Of a stretch of 64,000 nucleotides of DNA, positions 47,343 to 58,000 are shown piece after piece (position 1 is the first letter of the stretch; each line of letters begins with the position of its first letter). The DNA is taken from assembly GCA_002503985.1 (NCBI GenBank), contig DASW01000007.1, positions 108,435 to 172,434 of the forward strand, read 5' to 3'. Under the pieces are notes generated by a model. That model was not told the origin of the DNA. It made no database searches and saw only the letters and a list, made by a program, of their open reading frames with translations. Source of the stretch: Thermoplasmata archaeon UBA61. GTDB taxonomy: Archaea; Thermoplasmatota; Thermoplasmata; Lutacidiplasmatales; UBA184. The translations under genes were made by a program, and so were the position numbers.

Positions 47343-48218
47343 TCACGCGGGGGCGGTTGCCGCATCCGAAATGAGCAACGCGCTCGCTGCGGCCCGTTCG
47401 AACCCCCGGGACCGCTCCGGGCTCACGCGCGGGCCAACCTCATGCGTAAGGATCTCGGTCGCAACCTGGTAGGCCGACCAGCGGGTGAGGAGCGCGTTGT
47501 GCGAGGCAGCTGCCTCCGCCCGCGCACCAATCGTGGTTGCGTAGACGCGGGGGAGCCCCGCCGCGATGAGCAAGGGTGTCACGTCCTCCGCGAGGACCTC
47601 ATCGCCCATCGCGTCCGCGTAGACCTGCAGCGCGTCCCGGAAGCGGCCCAGGATCGTGTGAATGGCCTTCTGGAGCATCGCCATCAGGTCCGTCTCCGAG
47701 GAGAGGTGGACCTCACGAAGCTCCACTAGGGAGTGCATTCCCGCATAGAGCTGGTTCGCGCAGGCGATCCGCACCCCCGTTCCCTCGGCCCGGACCGCCC
47801 AACTCCCGTCCAGGCTGTTCATCACTCGGACGCCGGGATAGACGGACTCCCCCGGCGCGAGCTCGTACCGGGTCCCGACCACGAGTCGGACCTCCATCCG
47901 ACGTCCTCCCGCGAAGAGGCGGATCTGCTCGCGGGGGAACACGGGGGCGTTCGCGTCCAGGACGGGGCGTTCCAGGGCCTCCCCGATGGCATGGACAGCT
48001 TCCGCGACCTCGCGGTGCTGCACGAGCTGGTAGCGGTCGCTCACGATCGACACGACCTGGGAGGTGTCCTTACGGCGGACGCCCCGGTAGGCCTCGAGGG
48101 GCTCCCCCTGGGGTCCATGTACGGGGACCAGGTCATAGAGGGGAACCTGGTCGGGAGTGACCACGGTCTCGTACGGTCGGCGCAGGTTCTGGCTTTCGGT
48201 CGGGTTCGAGGCTATCAT
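47343..48218 (-). CDS. DUF932-like phage/plasmid-associated protein
   Basis: Motif VMNSLDGSWA resembles the DUF932 signature NSxDGSxA. Confidence 0.55.
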   Translation of the reverse strand: MIASNPTESQNLRRPYETVVTPDQVPLYDLVPVHGPQGEPLEAYRGVRRKDTSQVVSIVSDRYQLVQHREVAEAVHAIGEALERPVLDANAPVFPREQIRLFAGGRRMEVRLVVGTRYELAPGESVYPGVRVMNSLDGSWAVRAEGTGVRIACANQLYAGMHSLVELREVHLSSETDLMAMLQKAIHTILGRFRDALQVYADAMGDEVLAEDVTPLLIAAGLPRVYATTIGARAEAAASHNALLTRWSAYQVATEILTHEVGPRVSPERSRGFERAAASALLISDAATAPA

Positions 48219-48420
48219 CGTTGTCCTCGGTCACGAGGGACAACGAGGGAGCCTCGCCAGAGGACTAGGTCCCTCGAGACGCGAGGGCACGGCTCGCGAG
48301 GTCAGCAATCTGCGGCACCCGCCTCAGGGTTCAGGGCGTGCTCCGCGTCCTCTATAGAAACAACGGGAACTCCGGACCGGAGCTGTCCTTCCGTGACCCC
48401 AAAGCACGCATAGAACTACG

Positions 48421-48510
48421 CCGCCTTGCGCCCGTCGCGCGCGAGCGTCTCGACCCGGCCCGGGGAGTCGCGACCGCCGCCCGCGCCACCTTCACGCGGG
48501 CGCGGTTAGG
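48421..48510. repeat. ~80-nt GC-rich intergenic repeat, copy 1
   Basis: gcgcccgtcgcgcgcgagcgtctcg...ggcccggggg...gcgacc.ccgcccgc...ccttcacg. Shared with 51421-51500 and partly with 49786-49860. Confidence 0.5.
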
Positions 48511-49375
48511 GACACGGTGAGTACGAGAATACCAAACCCGCGCCTGTGCTCGACGTCTGGGCGAGATCGTCGTATTGCCAGACGCCCCCGTTGGCAGGAA
48601 ACGTGTAGTTGTACCAGGCGTACGTCCCGTTGGCATAGTTCGCGCTGTTCGCTCCGCTGGGGTCGAGCGGAACCGAAATTGAATGGCCCTGCCACTCGAA
48701 AGGAGACGTCACGGGCCACCCTTGACTGAAATCTCGAACCACTTGGCCTTGGGTAGAGCCACAGGTATCGACCGTGCCTGTGGCCGCATGGAAATTCAGG
48801 TCGAACTGCGCCCCCACACCGCACGATAAGTAGGATGTGTTCTGGACCTGTTCGCAGAGTTGGCTGCCGTTCAATCCATTCAAGAGTCCAGTGTCCGAGA
48901 CAAGGTGAGAATACATCGGCCAAGACGTGGTCCCGCCATGACGCAACCCCTGCGCCGGACTTGCGGAGAAGTAAGCGACCATCGAGCTCAAGCAAGGAGT
49001 CTGAGCGCCGGGTCCTGACACGGACGCATTCGTCAGCGAGTAAACGGTCCAATTCTCGAATCCGACAATAAACGCCGTGACATTGCCGTCAGTCACAGGG
49101 GTATAGTTCAGCGAGACACTCAGGTTTCCCCCAGGTATCTTGCCCCAGATCACCACCTTGCCCGACACCAATCCGTGGTAAGGCGCGGCCGCAATAGCGC
49201 TCGGTACCCAGACTGTAACGTTGCCGAGACGTTGGTCGACCTGGCACTCCGTGTGCGAAAAGAATCCCCACCCTGGATGTCCTGTTATCGCTACGGCGAG
49301 AACAAGAATCACTCCGACTACAACCCCGAGCACCGCGGAAGGTACCGAGGCGCGCATCGTGGGGAAACGTAGCAC
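48506..49375 (-). CDS. secreted N-glycosylation-sequon-rich protein
   Basis: N-terminal signal/TM VLGVVVGVILVLAVAI. At least 10 N-x-S/T sequons. Cys pairs. Confidence 0.6.
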   Translation of the reverse strand: MLRFPTMRASVPSAVLGVVVGVILVLAVAITGHPGWGFFSHTECQVDQRLGNVTVWVPSAIAAAPYHGLVSGKVVIWGKIPGGNLSVSLNYTPVTDGNVTAFIVGFENWTVYSLTNASVSGPGAQTPCLSSMVAYFSASPAQGLRHGGTTSWPMYSHLVSDTGLLNGLNGSQLCEQVQNTSYLSCGVGAQFDLNFHAATGTVDTCGSTQGQVVRDFSQGWPVTSPFEWQGHSISVPLDPSGANSANYANGTYAWYNYTFPANGGVWQYDDLAQTSSTGAGLVFSYSPCP

Positions 49376-49408
49376 AGGAGCCTGTATAATCGTGCCATCC
49401 AGGAAGGC

Positions 49409-49627
49409 TCACGCGGTCTGGCTCTCTCCTGACTCGTGGTCTGAGTCTTCCGGACCAGAAGCAGGAACACCCTGGCGGAACTGGGTCTCGGTGATGCCAA
49501 AGCTCGCGTAGAATCGCGCCGCCTTCACCCAGTCCCGCCGGAGGACCTCCTCCGCTCCGGGCGTGCCCGAAATCGCCGCCCGGGCCGCCTTGACGCGCCC
49601 GCGCAGGTCGCGCAGCCTCCCCTTCAC
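49409..49627 (-). CDS. conserved small protein, paralog of the C-terminal domain of 58383..59288 (start unresolved)
   Basis: Motif RLRDLRGRVKAARA...ARFYA.FGITE.Q is shared with 58383..59288. Homology continues upstream to ~49790, but an in-frame stop at 49792-49794 and the absence of an in-frame ATG leave the real start unclear. Confidence 0.4.
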   Translation of the reverse strand: MKGRLRDLRGRVKAARAAISGTPGAEEVLRRDWVKAARFYASFGITETQFRQGVPASGPEDSDHESGESQTA

Positions 49628-49785
49628 GGCACGTTCGTCGGCTTCGCGAGAGTCGTCGGGGAGGCCGCTCGTGGTCTCCGAGACGCTGAACTGCCGGGCC
49701 GAAGTCGCAATCTCCTCCGCGTCCTCGTCTTCGTCCGGGCCGCCGAACGCGACCCGCGACTCGAACCGCGTTCGCGTCCGGGTCG

Positions 49786-49860
49786 CGCCGCATCACGCCC
49801 GTCGCTCGCGAGCGTCTCGGCCCGCGCGGGGGGGACCCGCGAGCGAAGCGAGGGGGGAGG
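49786..49860. repeat. ~80-nt intergenic repeat, partial copy
   Basis: cgcccgtcgctcgcgagcgtctcggcccgcgcggggggg matches the 5' half of the repeat consensus. Confidence 0.4.
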
Positions 49861-49889
49861 ACCCGCGCCGTCCGCGTGCCAGCGCGAAT

Positions 49890-51374
49890 CTAATGAGCCT
49901 GGCCGGACGCGCCGTCGGGCGGGGGCGTGGTTGGCGAAGGCTTCGCCCGACGCTTGCTCCGCGTCAGGACGACCACCACCACGGCTGCGGCCACGAGCAG
50001 CGCAACGAGTCCCCCGACGATGTAGTACCCCGTCACCCCGGGGAATCCGAAGAGCCCCCGGGATGATCCGCCACCGCACGCGGAGGTTGAAAAGGTCACG
50101 TTCAGCTTGGTCGGGCCGCCCGCAACGGTCACGTTCCCTGAGGAAGGGCACGCGGTGTGGTTCGTTTGGTTGCTGACGGTGAAAGGAAACGTCCCGTTCG
50201 TCTCCGGGAACGTGATCGAAGTGTTGGTGGACGAGAGAGTCGTTCCTCCCACGGTCGCCGACCAGTTCGTCCCGGTAGGGAGGCCGGACTCGTGCACGGT
50301 CAGCCGGAAAATCTGAGGTAGGATGGTGATGTTGTTCGTGTCCAAATCGGCGACATAGACGTTGTGATTGGCCGGGTCATACGCGCTTCCGAAAGGTTCT
50401 TGTTGGACGGCTTGGGTCAAGACAATTCGGTTGGTATCAGGGTCGATGACTGTCACGTTGGACGCGGGCTGACCTCCGATATGGTACCTGTCGGTTACAT
50501 AGACGTAGCCATTGTACGGATCGTAGAGGGCGGACCCACATCCAGTGGCGATTGGGATTGTGGCAACTACCTCGTTGGTGGTTCCGTTCACTACACTGAC
50601 GACATTCGAAATGCCGGGCTGGTTCCCGTTCGTGCAAGCGTAAACGTCACCGTTCGAACCGGCGTACGCCACACCAGGGCCACCGCCTGATGGGTAAGCC
50701 TGCCCAACGACCCGATTGATTGTAGTGTTGATTACCGTCATGTTAGAGGGTATGGCATTTCCCTCGTTGGAAACGAACACCTTTCCGTTCGCCGGGTCGT
50801 AAGCGGCCCCATTCGGACCGGCTCCCACCGGAACGACTGCCACGACCGCGTTCCCATGGATCACGGTCACGTTGTCGCTGGTGAGGTCGGTCACGTAGAT
50901 GTCGCCGTTCGCGGGGTCAAAGACCTGTACGTGGGGGGCGCAACCGGTTGGGCACCCGTAAGCAAGGAGAGGGATGGTCCATTGGACCTGATTGGTCGAT
51001 GAGTTGATGGCGTAGACTCTGTAGACAGTCTCAGCGACGTAGACCATTCCGGTCGAGGAGTCTACCGCAAGCGTCCCGATTCCGAATGGCATCGGAATCC
51101 ACGCCACGACATGGTTCGTGGAGGTGTTGACCACGCTGATATTGCTCGAGCCGAAATTGGTTACGTAGAGAAGCCCGTTGACCGGATTGTACGCGACGCC
51201 GATTGGGCCGGCTCCGACCGGGAATGTGACATTCGCCGGCACTGCAGAAGCGAGTGCCGACTGGGAATGAGTTGGGCCACTACGGAACTGGCTGACATTC
51301 GCGACGGAGGGTACCAGGACCGCAACGACAACAACGATCGCGAGCACGGTGAGGAGGCGGCGTGGCGGCTCCAC
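49890..51374 (-). CDS. YVTN-family beta-propeller repeat surface protein with C-terminal TM anchor
   Basis: Repeated Y-V-T/A-N/D motifs (LLYVTNFGS, MVYVAE, DIYVTD, KVFVSN, YVYVTD, NVYVAD). C-terminal TM followed by RSKRRAK. Confidence 0.75.
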   Translation of the reverse strand: MEPPRRLLTVLAIVVVVAVLVPSVANVSQFRSGPTHSQSALASAVPANVTFPVGAGPIGVAYNPVNGLLYVTNFGSSNISVVNTSTNHVVAWIPMPFGIGTLAVDSSTGMVYVAETVYRVYAINSSTNQVQWTIPLLAYGCPTGCAPHVQVFDPANGDIYVTDLTSDNVTVIHGNAVVAVVPVGAGPNGAAYDPANGKVFVSNEGNAIPSNMTVINTTINRVVGQAYPSGGGPGVAYAGSNGDVYACTNGNQPGISNVVSVVNGTTNEVVATIPIATGCGSALYDPYNGYVYVTDRYHIGGQPASNVTVIDPDTNRIVLTQAVQQEPFGSAYDPANHNVYVADLDTNNITILPQIFRLTVHESGLPTGTNWSATVGGTTLSSTNTSITFPETNGTFPFTVSNQTNHTACPSSGNVTVAGGPTKLNVTFSTSACGGGSSRGLFGFPGVTGYYIVGGLVALLVAAAVVVVVLTRSKRRAKPSPTTPPPDGASGQAH

Positions 51375-51420
51375 GATTCTCTGAGGGCGTCACGCCGTAT
51401 ACACTTGGCCGTGAATCGTG

Positions 51421-51500
51421 GCGTGCGGCCGCCGTGCGCCCGTCGCGCGCGAGCGTCTCGGCTGGGCCCGGGGGGGTTTCGCGACCACCGCCCGCACTGC
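51421..51500. repeat. ~80-nt GC-rich intergenic repeat, copy 2
   Basis: Near-identical to 48421-48510 over ~75 nt. Confidence 0.5.
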
Positions 51501-51502
51501 CT

Positions 51503-52072
51503 TCACGAGGGTGGCTTGCCTCGAATCCGGAGTATAGTCCGTGGCCCACGACCGGATTGAGAGATGGTATGGACCTCCAATCCCGCGCCACGGGCGGATC
51601 CAAGAACCGCGTGAAATGCCTCCTGCGTGAGAGGGTTGTCCAGCGGATAGAGGGTTCGGATTTCGTGTTGCGCGAAGGGGTATGGCTGGCCGTTGGGCAA
51701 GGTGGGAGGCGAGAGCCACAGCGTGAGCTTTGCCTCGGGGTCGTTCCAGCGATAATCCTTGCTCCGACCTTTGGCATAAGCGAGACGAATCCCCGTAGCA
51801 GAAACCTCTAGCCGCACGGCGCCTGGCGAGAACATGAATATGGCTAGGGTGCACAGAAATCCGACCCCTACCAGGATGAGCGACGCCATTCCGATCGAGT
51901 AGAGGTTCGAGAAGAAGCCCGGTGTCGTCGCGATTACGCCAACTGCGATCGCGAGTAGAAGCACGAACCCTGCCGTGAAGATAATTTGGACGGTTCGAGA
52001 CCCCCCACGGTAGTCGTGTAGGGAAGCGACTGAAAGGTCGAAGACTGCGGAGGCGGCTGCTGATTCAGTCAT
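51503..52072 (-). CDS. membrane protein (3-4 TM) coupled to the giant surface protein gene
   Basis: Start overlaps the stop of 52069..58386 (ATGA). Confidence 0.5.
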   Translation of the reverse strand: MTESAAASAVFDLSVASLHDYRGGSRTVQIIFTAGFVLLLAIAVGVIATTPGFFSNLYSIGMASLILVGVGFLCTLAIFMFSPGAVRLEVSATGIRLAYAKGRSKDYRWNDPEAKLTLWLSPPTLPNGQPYPFAQHEIRTLYPLDNPLTQEAFHAVLGSARGAGLEVHTISQSGRGPRTILRIRGKPPS

Positions 52073-55000
52073 GATCCCTCGTGGAACTCGCCAAGCCCGA
52101 TTCCCAAGGATGTAAAGTCGAGGCCTGCGGTTAAGGCGTTAAGGACGAGAAGCGGGCCCGATCTGTCCGCGGGGTAAATCGCGAAGTCGATGAGATCCAG
52201 CGTTACACTCGTCCCGCTTACCCCCAGGGATGTCTCTTGCACTAGGCGATTTCCGGAGGCGCCCGCAATCCCGAGAGCGATACTTACTAGGGCGAGACCG
52301 AAAGCGACGGACGGCAGAATGAGTCCATCGCCCTGAAAGTATGCAGCTGCCAACAATCCGAGACCAATTTGAGTACTCAGCAGTGTCGCGGTCCAATCCG
52401 CCACACCCGCAAGTGCGTTCCAGTTTGTCGTCCAATTGCCGTCATTCTTTGCCGGAGGGCTTGTCGAGTTGGCCACACCCTCAGTAGCGTGAATGGCCAC
52501 GGCATTGATGAAAGTAACTTTCGAAAGCCCCGAGGTGTTGGGGGACGTAGACGATTCAATTGCTTGCAGAACCGCAGAGACGATGAGGCCGACGACGATT
52601 CCGACCAGGAGTCCCGCACCGAGGCTCAGCCCCATCAGTATCCCGATGACAACTTCAGCTACAACCGCTATCGCGATTCCGGTCAGGAACAGGGGACCGA
52701 GCAGCGCGTTCCAAAACGATGCGGCGTGAGCCTCGGAAACTGCCTTCCCAGCCACGGTGTCGCTCACCGCGCCCGAGAGACCCACCGATACGGACGAGCC
52801 GTAAGCCGAAATCGCGGCTTGGAGTGGAGCGAAGGCCGTTGCCAGGATGGCCTTCACGAACGAGATGATGTAGTTGAGGAGAGCTTGGAGGACCGTCCAC
52901 ATTGCAGTCCCGATGGCTCGCAACGCGGTCACGGTCTGGCTCACGAGAGCAGTGATTCCGAGCTTACTCGCGAGCGCGGCAGCTGCGTCGGCGAGGTAAG
53001 CTGCGGCGGCTGCGATCCCATTCCAGCCCACTGAGAAGAGCTTGGCAACGACGGTGACGACACCAGAGACGGCATTCCAAACGTAAGAGGCGGCCACGTC
53101 CCACCAAGGCTTGGAGGGAGGGGGAGGCTGCGAGGTCGATACAGGGGTGCCATAGGCACCGTCGTTTCGGTAGGTGGCGTTGGCGAGGGTAGTAACGACG
53201 TTGGAAGAGAGGCCGAGGGCGGGCAATCCTGCAGTCTCGTTGATGAGGTTCCCTGTAAGGTTGCCCGACTGGTTGAGAAGGAGACCGCCAAGGAGGTCGT
53301 TGAGTTCTGCGGCACTGGTCGTGAGGTTCGAGTTGTAGCCGGCGCTGGAGACATTGATCCAGAAGACGGCCTGGACCTGTCGGGACTGGTATCCGTTCTC
53401 GAGAGAGGGATTGGAGGCAACGCCCCCGAAGGCGCTCGGGTCGATGCCGGAGTAGATCTGGGTCGTGTTAGAGAAGACGTGGATGAACCCGGCCGAGGAC
53501 GGTCGATTTGTCGAGGTGTTGAGGACACGAGGCAACCAGTTGTAGGGGTTGAAAGTGAGGCTGGAGTCCTGATGCTGGGAGGGGACCTTCGCCGATGCGG
53601 TCGCATTGATCAGGGTCTGACCCAGAGGGCTGGCGAGGAACATGGCCCGGGGAATGAGCAGATTGTTAAGTCCCGGAAGAAGTGTGACAGTATACTTCCA
53701 GTTCGACTGAGGTCCGAAGACGCCACTGATCGCAATCTTGCTTGCGTTGGTTCCCGGGGGCGCCGTATCGTTGAGCACGAGCAGGTCGAAGTCCTGCTCG
53801 GCGGTGTAGCGGGAAAGCCCGGTGGGCAAGGGGGAGAGGGTCGAGTTGTTCGGCGGGGCGAGAATCCAGGTCGGGGCCTTCGAGTAGACGGGCAGGACTT
53901 GGTAGGTGAAGGAGATGCTAGGGGTTGCCCCGGCGCTGGGATACGAGACACTCTGTAGCTGGCCGTTCGCCAGGTCCACCTTGTAGTGCGGCGTGCTGGC
54001 GATGGCATAGACGGTGTTAGGCGAATTGCTCGTGGACTCGTTTTGGACAAGCGAGAGGTTGAGGTAGGCGAACTGTTCGGTGTTGGTGACAGGGAAGGTG
54101 ACGACAAACGACTTCGGAGAGGTGGAGCTTGGGAAGTTGGCTGTGCCACCGGAGCCGGCGGAGACCTGCACCGAGTATCCGCCGTAGTCCGTTCTAGCGG
54201 CTGAGTAATACGTAGCGGAAGAGTTCGCCGCGACGAACGCCGACACGCCATTTCCTGCGGCGTTGGCTGTATCCTTCCAGCCGGTAAGTGTCACCTGGAG
54301 GTCGGTTCCGCCTAGGGGGTTCACCTGTGCGCCGTCCGGAGCGCCATCGTTGGAAGTCGAAACCGCGAGGGGGTTCGCCCCCCAAGAGAGCTTTCCCCAC
54401 ACTGTCAGGGTCGGAGTCCCGTTCCATTGGCCCTCAACGGCTCGTAGAAAGTCAACCCCGCTGATTTCACTCTCCAGCTGGGTCCAGACGCCCCACAACA
54501 TCTGGAACGCCTGTCCCGACCAGAGCACTTCGGCCGCCCACGGAGATCCGTCACCGCTGTAGATCCCGTTCTTCGGATTCGGTGTGAGATTGGCGATGTT
54601 GGTCGCCAGGGGATACCCCTTCTCGTGGAGTCCTGGAGCGTACAAAACGTTCGAGCTGAACGGCCGGTATGTCGTGCTCTCATTCCATAGATTGTAAACA
54701 TCCCACCCAGAATTCAGCAACGACCAGCTCACCGCGAAGGTCAGGTTCCAGGTATCAAGCATCTGGCTTTCGGCGGTGTCCAACGTGTTCGGATCGAGTC
54801 CAAGCTCCTTTTCCACGAAGTCACTGACAAGCCCGTTCGTCGAGAACTTGGCTGGGTTTGCGGTAACGACGGCTTCGGAAGGAGCTATGCAGCTGGATGG
54901 CGGGCAGGTGTTCACCGGTCGGCCACCTGGCACCTGAGTATACGGCAACGGGATCGTCCAACCGGCCTCCTTCTCGACGTCGGTGAGCCCGTCGCCTGAG

Positions 55001-58000
55001 CTGTCCCGCTCGTATACGAACGTGGCAGAACCGGTGGCATTGACCGCACGGCTCAAGGCCGTGTAGTTGAGGTAGACCGAGACGGAGTAGGTATCGTTCA
55101 AAGTGGGCAGAGTCACGTTGAACCCGAAATTGGTGGCCGACCCGACCGGTCTGATGATCTCCGACGACGACGCGATGGGCACAACGAATTGGGACCCGTT
55201 CCGGATATCCTTGAACCCAAGACAGCCAGACGAAAGAGAGGGCGTCTCGCCGACGAACCAAGATGGAAGCGACCATTGGATCTCCGCTCCTCCACCGACA
55301 TGACCTACCGAGTCGTAGGGCAGGTCCTGTTCCCACACGGGGAAGACGGGAGGGGTGACGATGGAATCCGGAGCGTTCGCGTGGACCGAATCGACGACGC
55401 AACCGCTACCGTAGGAGATGCCGTAGGTGACTGAGTAAGTCGTCCAGGGTTCGAGGTCGTCGAGCTCCACGCTGTAAAGGCGAGTGCCTCCGGAGACCAG
55501 CTTGCCCGGGATCGAGGAAACCGATTCAGTGATTCCCCCCCATGTCGACTCCGAGAGTGTAACGAAGCCCGTGCCGCTGGTGTTGGCGTACCAACTGAAC
55601 AGAGCACTTGTGGCCGTGTCGTTCGAGGTCGAGTTTCCCCAGATAACGAAACCCGGCGGCGAGAGCGTGAAGCCGCACGAAGAGGTTGCAGTCTGAGCGG
55701 GCGCGGTCATTCCGGGGTCGTAAGCGATCACCGGAGAGGAGCCGGTCGGCACCCCCGTCCCGGCACGGCTGGTCGCAGTGATTGACGCGGAGTAGATGTT
55801 CCCAGATGTTCCGGCAGGGTTGACCGGTAGGTTCTGTGAGAGCTGGTACGAGGTACCCGGGGAGACAGTGGCGTACTTCCCGGTTGTCTGGTTGTACAGC
55901 GTACCGCTCCCGGTTGCAGGCATGGTGGTGCCCCAGGAGTAAGAGATGGTGGCGGTCTTGGAGCCGGAGCCGAACGAGGCTTGAACGACCGCTCCGCCGT
56001 TCGTGATCGAGAGGGTCGTCGTGACGCTCCCGGACCCGGAGGAAGGAACGCTTAGGGATTCCGTGCTCGGACCGTCGGTCACCGGACTGACCGGGCCCCA
56101 ATCCACCACACACGGTCCCGCATAGGCCCACATATATTCGGAGTACGATGCGGTGAACTTCGCCGTCCAGGTGTAGGTCTGGTAAGGTGTGAGGTTGGTG
56201 ACCCAGACCGGCGAGGGATACGACGTGGTGCCTGAGAAGACATGGGCAGTTCCGCCATTGATTGAGACGGACACCGAAGTGCTGGTGAGATTGGTCCACC
56301 ACTTGTAGTAGACCTCGTTCCATGCTCCATTACATATCACTCTGTAGTTGGCGTTGGCCAGGCCGGAGAACTTCGACGGGATCGAAGCGCTGGTTCCCAG
56401 TTGGAACGAAGTGGGACCGTAGAGACTCGGAGTCACGGTCACGGACTCGAGCTGGCCCGAGTAACTGAGCTGATTCGACGCGGACGAGGGCAACGAGCTT
56501 ACAGTCTGCACGGTGGCCGATTGATTGGCGAGGGGAGTCACACCGACCGGCACGCCTTCCGATTCGAGCAGCCAGTCAGCATAGACGGCGAGGTAAGTGT
56601 TGGGAGCAAAGGGACCGACTGTCGGAGCGATTGGTGAGGTTTGGTTGTTCGGCTTTAGACTAGAGGCACAGACGGTACCGGACTTCAGGACGCTCAGGGC
56701 GACGTGCGTGACGTTGGCGTAGAGACGGAGAGCTGTCCAGTTCTGCAGGTTACAGAGATTCGAAGCCTGGGCCGTGTAGCTAGAAGCCGTGGCAATCGCC
56801 GAGGCTACACTCGTGTTGAAGTTTGACTGGGTTGTGGAAGTGGAGGGGTTGAAGTTGGCAGGGGCCAGGGGGTCGGTAACGGCCAGATTGATTAGCGACA
56901 GAGATTCATTGACCGAAGGGAAATCCCCGGTGAACGAGATTGCATTACTCGTGGCCGGGTTTGGAGAAGGCCAGGCAAGCATCGGTCGTTGGAATCCATC
57001 GACCGCGATTGCCGGCGCCCCGGAGGGAGTGTTGGTGGGGATTCCCGTCCCGGCAAGAGCGGACGGTTCGGACAACGGCATCCCATCGGGGAAGTAGATC
57101 GCCTCATCGATACCTCCGGAGCCATAGTATGGGTCGATCCAAGTCGCGTAGACTAGACCGGCGGGCGACACGCTGAGACTCAGGTTCTGAACCGCCCCGT
57201 ACACCGGACCTGACGCGTACGGACCATTCCATGACTGACCGCCATTGCTGGATGCCTCGGTCATGACCTGCGCCTGGCCGGAGGCAGTCTGGGTCGTGTA
57301 AGCAAGGAAGAGCCCGCTGCCGATCGAGGTCAGGGCGACCTGACCGGGGGTCGAGGCTGCCGGAGCCAGGCGCGTCGCTCCAATCGAGGAAAGGCGAGGA
57401 TCGGGAGTCAGTACGCCGAAGGTCGCCACGGCCGTTGGAGCAGTGTAGGACGCGCCGCCGTTGGTACTGGTGGCCAGTTGAATCTGGTCCGACCCAAGGA
57501 CGCTGAAGATCGTTGCCTGGAGATACGTGGACCCGTAGGGAACAGTCGTGGACCCGGTTTGAAGGATTCCAGTCGCTCCCGAACCTGATGGGGTGAGGGT
57601 GACCTGACCGACCGAGGAGCCGGTCAAGGTGCGGCTGGTCACCGAAACGCTGGTGATCCCGAGCGTAGCCACCGAAACCTCGGAGGGAGTGGCCGCGACC
57701 GAATTGACAACCCCCGAAATCGAGGTCCCGAGCGACCTCCAAGTTTGCCCGAGGTTGGCCGATTGGTAGAGATAGGTCGTTCCTCCACCCGAGGCCGCGA
57801 CGACCAGCGTGTTTCCGACGGCGACCAGTGCATCGGAGGAGATGGGAGCGCTGAAGGAAGCTACTCGGGTCGGACTGTTCCATAGGAGAGGCACCGTCGA
57901 GCAGTTGGTCGAACAGGTCCGCTTCTGAATCTGGACAGCAATCGAAGCGCTGTAAGATCCGGTCTCAAACCAGAGGGCCCCGGCGTTCCCACTCCTGGAA

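Noticed and set aside
47037-47729. 230-aa plus-strand ORF between the HerA-like gene and the DUF932-like gene.
   Set aside because: It overlaps the 5' part of the DUF932-like gene on the opposite strand. Its composition is highly charged and low-complexity, and it has no start context.
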